This document shows, one piece after another, positions 25,791-37,371 of a stretch of DNA of 64,000 bases. Each line of letters opens with the position of its first letter. Within the stretch, counting starts at the first letter, position 1. The DNA is taken from positions 9,754,184 to 9,818,183 of the forward strand of contig MU058844.1 in NCBI GenBank assembly GCA_013265495.1, written 5' to 3'. The stretch is from Vicugna vicugna. Taxonomy: Eukaryota. The notes beneath the pieces were generated by a model. It saw only the letters and a list, made by a program, of their open reading frames with translations. It made no database searches and was not told the DNA's origin. A program made the position numbers and the translations under genes.

Positions 25791-26733
25791 CATTATAAAT
25801 ACTATTTATTTAACCTGTCTTAAGCATGCCATGGAAAAAAAAAGTATCAGATATATTAATTAATTAATGCAAAATGATAATTAATTCAGAAATTAATTTA
25901 TCAGTGAGTGGGCTCCAATTTCTATTTAGAAATTCACTAAAATAAGAGGAAGTACAGCCAGAGGTACAGGGAAGAAATGACTAGAACAGGATCTTGAGCT
26001 TATTCAATAATCATTGCCAAAAAAAGAGTGAAGAAGAGGTGCCTTTAAACATATGGTCAGTTGAGAGGGGGAAAGTATATTTCTAAGCCACCATTTAGTC
26101 AGTTATAAATGAAATCTATTCGGTACACAGTTGAGTGATGGCACATACGTCACACAGGTGAGCTGTTTAATTAGACCAATGAGTGGTATTTCATAGTCTT
26201 CATAGTCAACTCCCCATGTTACAAATGGACTATGGCAAAGTGAAAATTTACTTAATAACTAGCGGTCTTTAAATGTCACAACACAGCTTCTTTAAAAAAT
26301 GATAGGTATTTTTGCATGAAGATACAAATCAAACTGTTAAAAGTGACTACTGGTTCATGTCTCTTTTATTTTTCCCACCTGCCTCAGATAGTACTAAAAT
26401 ACTAAAATGGATCTTTTAAAATATTTTTCACAACAACCTTTTAGGTAGCTACACAGATATCTAGAAGGTCATTTTTCACAGATTTCTAGAAGCCTGCTTT
26501 ATTCCTAAACTAGTCTTTTATTTCAGCTTCCTCAGTTCAAAATGAAAAACCATGTGTAAATATACATCTATCTGATTGCAGACAAGACCCAGCCTAGCCT
26601 TAAAGCACTGAAATTCAACTTATTTTTGAATGAACAATTAAATATTGATACTTAATCACATAAACTGAGAAACAAAAGACAAAACTGTTAAATACAAGAT
26701 GAAACATTTTAGCATCAACAAACCATGTCTAAC

Positions 26734-26875
26734 CTGATTCTTGCGTTGTGAATTTCACTACATTACTGAATTGATTGCCATTTCCAACTTTGGTAAAGGC
26801 GGAGATGCTGATAGAGTAGGTGCTGACTGGTTCCAGTCCAACAAGTTCGGCTTCGGTTTGAAAACCTGAAATATT
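26734..26875 (-). CDS. PTPRQ: PTPRQ internal coding exon (142 nt, phase 0-1); not in the ORF track
   Basis: gcttttcag|AAT ... TCAG|gttaga; hand translation [47 protein letters not shown]. Confidence 0.95.
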
Positions 26876-27797
26876 CTGAAAGCACAAAAAAATTCTTAGT
26901 CACAATGCATCATCAAAAAACTGTTTTATAACTGGAAGAAATACTTTAATGCATCAAAAAAAATTATGTCTTCTGTGTTTAACTTGTAATTTAATAAGCA
27001 TGGGTTTTTTAATTAAAATTTTAAAATATTAAACATTTTTTTGTGTGAGCCACAGGGTGTTCTCAGCTGACGAGGCAAGGATGAACAGGGCACCCTGTCA
27101 GCCCTGAAGAGTCTAATAATTGGCATTTGTTTTTAAAGCTGAAGTATTTTGTTTTCATTTTGTCTGCCTGCCTTTTTCTTGGAATCACATACTGATTATT
27201 TCCTTCAAATTTGCTAAAATTAAAGTCCTCAACTGAAATCCAACTTATGAGCAGTCAGCAGTACTTCATTTTGCTCCTTATGACATAACTTTACTCACTG
27301 CTTTTGATTTTTACTAGTCACTTTGCAAGCTATATGTGCTATAAAAATGATTTACCATCGGTAATAAATTGCAATGCATATAATGTCGGGGACAAGGTTA
27401 CTGAGAATTTTTGCACTTTCCTTGATGTACCTAAAGAGCATTCCAGTACTTCTTCTGCCTTTGGGGAAAAGAAAAAGAACTCTTTCTCAAATAAATGCCA
27501 GTTAATCGTATTTTGGCAATTAAATGCTGAAAATCATAGAGGTATATTTGAGACCCTTTGTTACATCAGTTCTTTGGGTATTTTTCATTGATTCTGGAAC
27601 CTAAAAATGGAGGTAGGAAAGGGAATGTAGCACAGAAACCAATTAGCATTGAAAGGAAAAGAATAATAATATATCTTAAAAGACCAATTAGTGTGGGAGT
27701 ATATGCTATTTGGGAAGGTTACCACAAGGCCAGTATAAACACTTTTCTGAAAAGGTTAAAAACAGTCACTTGGTACTATTTTTTTAAACACCAAATA

Positions 27798-28636
27798 CAG
27801 TAGTCCTCCCTTATTCATGGTTTCATTTTCCATAGTCTCAGTTACAAGAGTCAACCACAGCCAGAAGATATTAGAAGGAAAATTTCAGAAATAAACAATT
27901 CATCAGTTTTAAATTGTGTGCCAGTCTGAGTAGCGAGATAAAGCCTTGAGCTGTCCCGCTCCATCTTGCCCGGGATACGAATCATCCCTTTGTCCAGCGT
28001 TTTCCATCTGTTAGTCAGCAGCCTTCTGGGTTATCAGATCTACTGTGAGGTATCCCAGTGCTTGATTCACGTCACCCTGACTTAACTTAATAAAGGCCCC
28101 AAAGTACAAGAGTAATGATGCTGGCAATTCAGAGATGCCACAGAAAAGCCATAAAGTGCTTCCCTTGGGTGAAAAGATGAAAGTTCTCAACTTAATTAAA
28201 AAAAAGAAAAAGAAAAAGAATATATGCTTAGATTGCTGAGATCTACAGTAAGAATGAAGCTTAGTCTACCAGTGAAATTGGGAAGAAGGAAAAAACTGTA
28301 CTAGTTTTACTATAGTACCTCAAACTGCAAAAGTTATGGTCACAGTGTGTGATAAGCGCTTAGTTAAGATGGAAAAGGCATTAAATTTGTAAAGTAAGAT
28401 GTTTTGAGAGAGAGATCACATTTGCATAACTGTTATTACAGTTTGTTATAATTTTTCTATTTTATTATTATTGTTGTTAATCTCTTACTGCACCTTATTT
28501 ATAAATTAAACTCTATCATAGGTACTTAGGTATAAGAAGAAACCTAGTGCATATGGACAGGTCCAGCACCATCCACAGTGTCAGGCATCCACTGGGGGTC
28601 TTGGAATGTATCCCCTGTGGATAAAGGGGATGACGG
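27798..28636. mobile_element. MER44/Tigger7-family non-autonomous DNA transposon (TcMar-Tigger)
   Basis: Imperfect terminal inverted repeats cagtagtcctcccttattcatgg / ctgtggataaaggggatgacgg, flanked by TA at 27796-27797 and 28637-28638; internal gaaaatttcagaaataaacaattcatcagttttaaattg. Confidence 0.85.
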
Positions 28637-28977
28637 TAGAAATGTACTACACTTACGATAACAACAGGTTTTAGATAGTCTGAAAAAATTTACCGTATAC
28701 TTTCCAGCATTAACAAAATGGTGCAATTATTTCTTAACTTGTAGATATCTATAAGTTACACGTTCTAAATAAACCACTTTATGAAGTTGCCCTTTTCTAT
28801 ATCTGACAAATGTTTGCTGTGTTTTCCACAAGCAACCTTACACTGTAGGAAACAAAAAAGATTTTTTAGAAAGTTGGTCCTTGTATAATTTAAAGCAGTT
28901 TTTCCCCCTGCATGTCAAAAGACTTTAACTCAATTCCTAAATCTGTGAAATAAACATTTGCTGGTATAATGACCTAC

Positions 28978-29129
28978 CTTATAAAATACAGTATCTGTTT
29001 CATGTTCATGAATTTTAAAACTATATACTTTAATGATACCGCCTGGAACTGGACTGGGGCTCCATTTCAGCCATACAAGGTCTGAAGTGTAGTTGATTAA
29101 AGTCAAATTTTGAGGAGGTGCTAAAGGCA
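28978..29129 (-). CDS. PTPRQ: PTPRQ internal coding exon (152 nt, phase 1-0)
   Basis: ttttcctgcag|TG ... AAG|gtaggt; [51 protein letters not shown]. Confidence 0.95.
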
Positions 29130-29504
29130 CTGCAGGAAAACACATTATAAAACTTACATTCATACCATTTTTAGCAGAAAACTGTCATCATGATATAGCT
29201 TCTTGAAGACACTAGTTAAGAAAGATTTATAAAATGATCATATTTTAATTTCAGAAATAAGAAGTATAAGTAATCACGCTGCTGCACTTGGAACTCAGTA
29301 GTTCCAAGGGAGCTTTAAACAGAACACTTTGTTCTAAAGCTCACACTGAAAAAAAAAAAAATGTTCAGCAAAGCAGATGAATAGCTGTCAGCCTGTTACA
29401 AATACACAATTAAATCTCCTTTCCTTTTTCATGCTGTTCCTTAAAAAGAGACAGTAAATGCTGCAATAATGAAATCATTTGAAGAAATACGGATTCCAGC
29501 TTAC

Positions 29505-29780
29505 CTGACTCATCTGTGTAAAAGAAAAGAACACTGGAAGGACCGAGTCCTTTTACAGTTCTTGCAGCAGCAAAAAAACTATATAATGTAAATGGTGAGA
29601 GCTCGTCCAGGATTACATAGTTATCAGAGGTAACAAAAGAATAATTCTCACTTGGTCCTTGTAAAGTTAAATCATAACTTATTATTGCACCATTTGGTTT
29701 TACCGGGGGATCCCATGATAAGAGAACTGAGGTAGAGGAAAGATTTTTAAAAGTGTTGATTATTGGTGAAGTTTCTGGGA
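29505..29780 (-). CDS. PTPRQ: PTPRQ internal coding exon (276 nt, phase 1-1), one complete FN3 repeat
   Basis: tcttttatag|TC ... TCAG|gtaagc; [36 protein letters not shown]...LFFYTDES. Confidence 0.95.
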
Positions 29781-30044
29781 CTATAAAAGAAAAAAAAAGA
29801 ATACTCAATGAAACAAAAGTGAATTAGCATTAAAATGAAGAGGCTTTAATAAGAACAGGACTTAATTTTATCAATAGGTAACTAATTTTAAGAAAAGGAA
29901 CTCACTGTGTTTATTGAAAGGCTAATTACTTAAGAACGAACAGAATCTATATAATGCTAAAGAATAATGTTTTCTATCAGAAAGCAATATAAACAAGAAA
30001 ACATCAACAATCTGCTTAGCAGGGAATAAAAGGGTCCAGCCTAC

Positions 30045-30335
30045 CATCTTCTTCAGTTTTGATGTGTAGTTGGGCAGTATAGGTATCAGAGAATCCCTTT
30101 TCTGTTGATGGAGTGATTTTTAATATATAATCAGTGTATTTTTCCAGATTATCAAAATACATGCTTCTCTCATACGTAACGAGAGGTGGTTTCACATGGC
30201 GAGGAGTCTCCTGTGAGCTCAGAGATACATAGTAGAAGACTAGACCGTTTGGTAGAGATGGAGGGTCCCAGCTCACATTTATTGCGGTGGATGAGATGGA
30301 CTCAAAAGTCAGGTTTCCAACAAATCCTTCAGGAA
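30045..30335 (-). CDS. PTPRQ: PTPRQ internal coding exon (291 nt, phase 1-1), one complete FN3 repeat
   Basis: cctgtcatag|TT ... GATG|gtaggc; [36 protein letters not shown]...LHIKTEED. Confidence 0.95.
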
Positions 30336-31831
30336 CTATGACAGGTAACGTGCAAAATATAAAAGTCATCAGTCACCCTAAATAAACTTTAAGTAAATTC
30401 ACAAACCGGGGGGAAATTATTGAAATGGTGTCTATGACATCACCAGCTCTTAACGTTACTTAAATGCACGTATGGTAACTTCACCTACTACAAAATGTCT
30501 TCTGAATAGTCAGATCAAAAAATCATTCAGAATAAACCCTGTCATCTTTAATATGTGTGAGAACTGTTTTATACAGTATTGTCTTGGCTTTTCTTTCCTA
30601 CAAGATGGAGATTATGAGCACGTGTATGAGATTACGAGTATGTGATGGAGATTATGTGTATTAGATTATGAATACACACAAATATCTGAGTAATTTGCAC
30701 AAATACATATGTTTTGCTAGTGTATATTACTTCAACAATATTTTTAGATTCTTTCTTCTAAATACTATTCTTATTGTACATATGAAGTCACCTAGGACCT
30801 TGCACCTAGAACGGTGCAGAGTAAATGTTTATTATCCGTGGTGCCATAATAACTGATAAAGCATTATAGGTTGGCGAAACTTTTGGGAGAGATCTGTGTT
30901 AACGAATGCCTGAAATGAATCTGACCACATATTGTACTAAGCATTTTTGCTGCAGACTACCCCAAACACCTATTTCCAAACATTTTATCATATCTACTCT
31001 GCTGATCAATGAGTAAACAATATAAAAGACTGTTCCAACAACAGGGAAAGCATTCACTCCTCCTACTTAGTGCCTGTCAATTTATAACCTTCAAATACGA
31101 AACATGGACTTTTACTCTCAGCAGAAATTTAGGTCAGTATGATTTCTCAATAAGAGACTGGATTTTCTTTTAAAAATAAATGGACAATAGAGACAACCAC
31201 AAGGAGAAATAGGCAATGATCCATGTATCACTGTATTCACGAAACTGAAACCTAAAAACCAGCAAGAACTTCAGGTATTTTTGTCTTCTGAATACTCAGC
31301 ACCAACCGGATTCTGCAGAAGCCGCATACAAGAAACTTCTGGGGTTGGGTTAGAAAAAAAAAAAAGGTATTTTGGGCACATTAGTCACAAACTAATGTGT
31401 AAGTAAGAACAAAGATGCTCCATAAAGTCCTATTTGGGTTCAAAGACTGAAAAGGAAACTAGTTGCTAGAGAGAAAAAAAAATATCATTCCTAGAGCAAA
31501 TGGATTATTAAGTATTGGAAAATCTATCCACGTACGCGGCAGTATTTTTCATGCCCATAACCGGTGGCTGTGACCTCTTTCGAAGCAATAAAAGTGACAG
31601 AATTTTTATGAATGGATGATACCTGTTTTTATGAATAGAAAAGACTGTTACTGTGTGGTAGATTTATAGCTATAGTAAACACATTTTCAAACTTCTATGA
31701 CTACTTAAATGTGCCTAAATAAAATATAGACTTTACCACCAATATATACAAATAGAAAAAAGATTCTGAAATAATTATAAAGCTTTAAACTAATCCTATT
31801 CAAGATTAAGAAATGCTTTTCATTTACATAC

Positions 31832-32000
31832 TGTCTTGATCTGTGTATACTTGAACTATGTCACTGCTTTTGTTCCCATTTCCAACTGAAGTACTTGCTG
31901 TTACCCAAAATGTATAGTAGCTGAATATTGCCAGTTTATCTATTACTGCAGATACGGTCATATTGTCAAAGTCATTGGTTACTTCATGGAGTGTAAAATT
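31832..32000 (-). CDS. PTPRQ: PTPRQ internal coding exon (169 nt, phase 0-1)
   Basis: tatttttcag|AAT ... GACA|gtatgt; [56 protein letters not shown]. Confidence 0.95.
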
Positions 32001-35000
32001 CTGAAAAATAAACACATTATTTTAATTGTTCAGAATATAGTTTTAGGACATATGAGCATTTCAAAATAATTATTATTTGTGAACTGGTTGCCTCATTATT
32101 TTAATATGTTCATTTTTACGAAAAATCAACATAGAACGTTTTTATTGCAATAATTAAAATGGAAATATGTACGTGCTAAAAGAGGAATAGATAGTAGCAG
32201 TCCAGAGTCACAAAGAGTAAAAACCCCCAGCTTAGCTAGCAGTGGGGAAGGTCCTTTGGTCAACTGAAAATGCTCCAGCTGTGCTGCTCAGGGTCAGTGT
32301 TCCTTACGAAACAGTCACCTATTTTTCAGAACAATGACTATGTATTTTTAAAGCCAGTTTGGGAGTAGTATAAAAATGTTAATTTTTTTCTTCCGGATGG
32401 TGATAAAGGAATTACGGAAGTGTTCATCTCTTTCTATGAACTCAAATAGTTATTATCCCTCCTTATTGGATCTTCTGTTCTTCACAATCATGGGGAGAAA
32501 TGGGAAGGCAGTTAGATGCACTCTCATATATGCCAAGTAAGAGGAATTTTTAAGTCCTCTTGTCTGACTCATAGTTATATTTGTCCCAAGGCATTTTTTG
32601 ATAATTAAGGAACATATGCAATCATTTCCTCCTTGACCAAATTTTAAACACAAAACATATAGTCAAAATCAATTCTAAAATAAAGGAACACAGATTTTTT
32701 TACAATTCATGTAGGTAATTAGTAAGAATAATTTTATAATAATATCCATCAATACCAGGAGATCTGCATCATTTCAATCTACACAAAGCCCTTAGCGTTC
32801 AAAGACTTGCATTCTATTCTGCCAGGGTGGCCCTGGATAAATCATCTAACCACAAAGCTTCTCCTCCTTCAACTGTAAAATGGGAAGAATCATTTCCACT
32901 TCACAGAGAGCTTTTGAGAATTAGATGATATGAAGCATATAAACCAATACTATTTCTTGCACACAAGAATAAACCAATACATGGCAATAAATTCATGTTT
33001 AATTAATAACATAGGTAATCAATTTGACTATAATTTACAGTTACCGTGCTTCTGCAATGTATCAACAAACTAAATTCAGCAAACTTCTCTGGTTCTCTGC
33101 CAGTATTTGGGGGTGAGGGTCCGGGGAAGAGTGATTGGAATAAAAGATCTACTTAAATTTTGTGGTGACTTATTTAGGAATAGGCAAGTTAAAACATTAT
33201 ATTTTAACTCAAAATGTGATCCATGAACTTTGTATCTTCCAAAAAATCAACTTTACACATGGCTTAACTTGCTTATGTAAATTATCTCTTAAAATATTAA
33301 TGTAGCTTTATTATTTTTCTTTGTTACAGGATTTATTCTGATTACTTATGACCTTGGTGACAACTAAGTAACAAATATTTTGAATTACCCAGAAGTTATT
33401 CAGCTGAATGTGAGCAGATATGCACAGACATGTAACAAATTTAGAATTAGACCAATCATCCACATGATTATTCCATTCATCTATTTCTGGAAAAAAATGT
33501 CTTGTGGCTTAAACTATTTAAGGCTTACTCTGTGTGTGTGTATTTTATATATACACATATATATAAAATCAGAAGGTATTTAGTAAAAACTTCTCAAATT
33601 TGATTAACCAACCAGTATTCATTTAACACTTTTTAACATGATAAGACACTGTCAGGCACGCTGAGGAGACATAAGTGGGTAAATGTAAAATGTAGAAGAG
33701 TTAGTACACTATAAAAAACACAATGCACAACTGGAAGAAGAAAAAGATGGACTGCCAGGTAGTAGCTGAGACATTAAATCCTACAAAGTAAGAAGGAAAG
33801 ATCACTACAAACTCAAAGTGCTGCAAAATTATAACTAAATACTGAAAATAATATTAGTCTGTTATGATAATTTTATGTTCTACAAGGAAAACATTTATTG
33901 AGCATTATGATACAGTCCCAGGGGACTTCAGGTGATGGAAAGGTAAGTGTCACACACAACGACCCTTTTCTTCATGCCATTTGCTATCGGATGAGGGAAC
34001 TAAGAGAAGCAGCAGGTACCAGGGACAGAGAGCAGATTATGATGTGCCATGCATGAAATACTCCACGAAGTTCTGTGCGAGGGAGAAGGAAGGGGAGGAA
34101 GTAAAAACCTATACATCTATTCTGGTCCAAAATGTTCGTTTTGAGGATTTCTTCTGTTCTAGCAATCTAAAGTGGAAAACGAGGTAGTGAAGATTTTTAT
34201 GCTATATTTAACATTAACTTGAGAAATAAAGCATGGATGAACTTCAAGGAACATGAGAAATGTTTGAACATCATTAGCCTGTGCCCTCTTGCAGCTGTCA
34301 CACTTAAAAGCATTCTTAATGTAATTTAATAAAAGATTACATTTTCTAGGACAAGTTTCAAATGGGATCATATTATATACTCAAGTTAGAATGAGGAGGT
34401 TCATAAAATCATGCGGAAATTATAGTTAGGTATTTATGCTTGATTATTTAGACGCTGACAAAGAAAACCGAAAGAGAATCAGATATAAGCCATAATGTAA
34501 CCTGTACAGACACAAAACCTTTGCTAGGATCCAGAACTACTGAATTTTGAATATTGAATATTGGTTAAATCATGAAAAAAGAAAAATCCACAATTCAAAT
34601 GGCCTCTATGACATAATGATACGTTGTTAAATATATAAACACATTGTGGTAAAAAGTATGTATAAATTGCACACTAATCCCCATTTCTCTTCCCCAAACA
34701 GAACAGAAAAATAAACAGCAAAAATTGCTTAATGTACAGAGTTTAAAAAAAAGTAATAAAAGAGATTCTCCTTTTATATGCAGTCCCAATCTTAGAGGAC
34801 CTTGAGCAGAACGTAAAAGTCCAATCAACCTCTGGGCTTCCTTTTACTCACTGCTGGGGGAGACAGCTTTCAAAGTGCTGCTCTGACCCTATTCATTAAC
34901 CTAAACTGCACGAAGGAAGTCATACTTTAGTCCCAGAGGTTGTTGCTCATAGGAACTAACTCAAGTGGCTAAACTTGGGTTGTCAATCAGAAATGGAATT

Positions 35001-35923
35001 AGGCAACTTAGAATTAGTAAGACTTATCTCTATTCTCCTTCTGCTTAAAAGGATACAAAGAGTTAATAATAGTCAGAGTCAATCAACATGCAGTCAATAG
35101 TTTCTATCCGCAAGGTATATGTTCTGTAAGCGGCAGTATTTCTTCTAAATTAGTGTTTCCCAGATTATATTCCAGCTCTCTCCATGTCTGATTTAATCAC
35201 AACCACTCTAATTTTATTCTTTTCATGTATTAGAGTTCTGTGAAATATTTAATTCAGATAAAAAAGGAATTCTGCTGAAAAAATTAAAAATATTTCTCTA
35301 AATGAAATGCACGTTAGCTATTTTAATAATTATTATTGTTCCTATCCCAGAAAGTGTCCATCTGCAAACTGTGACCTTATAACTTCAAGTTAAATAAGCA
35401 CAACTGCACTTCCTAGTAGTTTCATTACATCTGATACTAAGCAATCATAATAATGATATAATCCCTCCTGCTAACAACTGAAAACATTTTTAGATTTGAA
35501 GAAAAACACATAAGCACATCCAAACATGAAAACTATATTATATACAAACAAAAGGAAATTTTTTTAGCTGATAAATTAATGAAATCATCACCTCACTAGA
35601 GAACACTTGTTGGAGAAGTGGAATTGAGGTTCATATTTATATAAAGAAGTTTTAAACACTGGCAGCTTCATTGTTGGCAACACATTTGAAGCTAGCACAG
35701 AAATGTGTGTGTGTGTGTGTGTGTGTGGTCTATGCACAGACAGATTAAAATGCATCAGCCACTTCTCTGACACATTTTTTCTATGTCGATGGGAGTTTGA
35801 TAAGATGTTTATGCATTATTCTCAGTGTAAGATAAGAGACTTTTTCTGCTGTGCCAAGTCTTTGTCATCATCAACAGAGCAGAAGGATGTAAACAAAGAA
35901 CAAGGAGAAAGCTCAGGTCTTAC

Positions 35924-36069
35924 CTGCATGAAAGTGCCTGAAGTATTTCTGTAATAAACAGAATAATGTTGTATAATCCCATTCGGTTTTGAAGGAGGTG
36001 TCCAAGAAAGAACTATTGATGAAGAACTGAGGTTTGCATAATGAACATCTTTGGGAGGATCACTGGGTG
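35924..36069 (-). CDS. PTPRQ: PTPRQ internal coding exon (146 nt, phase 1-0)
   Basis: ttgttttgtag|CA ... CAG|gtaaga; [49 protein letters not shown]. Confidence 0.95.
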
Positions 36070-36197
36070 CTACAAAACAAACAATTGAACAAAAACTGAC
36101 CTTGTGTCTCCAAATAATGTCTGAAGTGTTCCAAGTGTCACCTGCCTTTGATAAATGATGATAATTGTTTACATAAAACAAATTAGGAATAATATCT

Positions 36198-36624
36198 TGA
36201 CAACATAACACTATTGGCAGCAGCATGGATGTTCCTGGAGAATGTCATTCTAAGTGAAGTAAGCCAGAAAGAGAAAGAAAAATACCATATGAGATCACTC
36301 ATATGCGGAATCTTAAAAAAAAAACAAAAAAAAAACAAAAAATACAAAACAGAAACAGATTCATAGACATAGAATACAAACTTGTATTTGTATACAAGGG
36401 GGTGGAGGATGAGAAGGGACATACTGAGATTTCAAAATGTAGAACAGATAAACAAGACTATATTGTATAGCACAGGGAAATATATACAAGATCTTAAGGT
36501 AGCTCACAGCGGAAAAAATGTGACAAATACATATATATTCATGTATAACTGAAAAATTGTGCTCTACACTGGAATTTGACACAACATTGTAAAATGACTA
36601 TAACTCAATAAAAATGTTAAAAAA
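36198..36624 (+). mobile_element. Young 5'-truncated L1 3' end with a 13-bp target-site duplication
   Basis: gcagcatggatgttcctggagaatgtcattctaagtgaagtaagccag...tataactcaataaaaatgttaaaaaaa; aggaataatatct at 36185-36197 and 36625-36637. Confidence 0.9.
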
Positions 36625-36914
36625 AGGAATAATATCTAATTAAAAGTCAGAAATGAAATCCAAAAGGCTCATGGGGCCATCCCCGTAACACTCTACCATA
36701 GCAGTATCCATGCAGGGCACGTGGATTTCTGACTCACAGAACACTACCCTAGTACTAAAAAATCCTTGCTGCCCTAGATATGAACAATGTTACAACATGA
36801 TTCCAATATGGGATATATAATACAAAATTCTAATTTAACTTAGAATTTGAATGATAGAGGACCAAAGCAGAGAGCTGACTTCGTGTGTTTTATTTCATTC
36901 TATTTAACACACAC

Positions 36915-37090
36915 ACAAAATACTTACCAAATGTTGAGTTCTGTGCTGAATGCATTTACAAATATAAACTCATCTAATCCTCACATGGACCCCGTGAAGT
37001 AGGTAACATATTGTTTCCATAATACAGATGGGCAATTGAGGCACAGAGAGATTAACTAACTTTCCCAACATCACACAGCTAGAAAGTGAC
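36915..37090 (-). mobile_element. MIR SINE
   Basis: actcatctaatcctcac...acagatgggcaattgaggcacagagagattaactaactttcccaacatcacacagctagaaagtg. Confidence 0.8.
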
Positions 37091-37210
37091 CAAAAGGCAA
37101 TTTTGCATGTAATGATAACAGATACTGGGTTTAATAAGACATCTTTCTATTTAATTCATTTTTTCTAAGTAGGATATTGTTTCACTCGGTCTATATCCAT
37201 AAGAACTCAC

Positions 37211-37371
37211 CTCCCTCAGGTGTTTGAAAGTTAATGATATTGCTTCTTGTCTTCCCATCACCAAATCTGGTGCTAGCTGTTACATAAGCACTGTATTCAA
37301 CGTTATAGTCCAAATCTGAAACTTCTAATGATGTTTCAGTTACATTGAGAGTTTTTAATGATGATCTATCC
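37211..37371 (-). CDS. PTPRQ: PTPRQ internal coding exon (161 nt, phase 2-1)
   Basis: ttctcttag|G ... GGAG|gtgagt; [53 protein letters not shown]; its first base completes the TGG codon split across a 13-kb intron. Confidence 0.95.
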
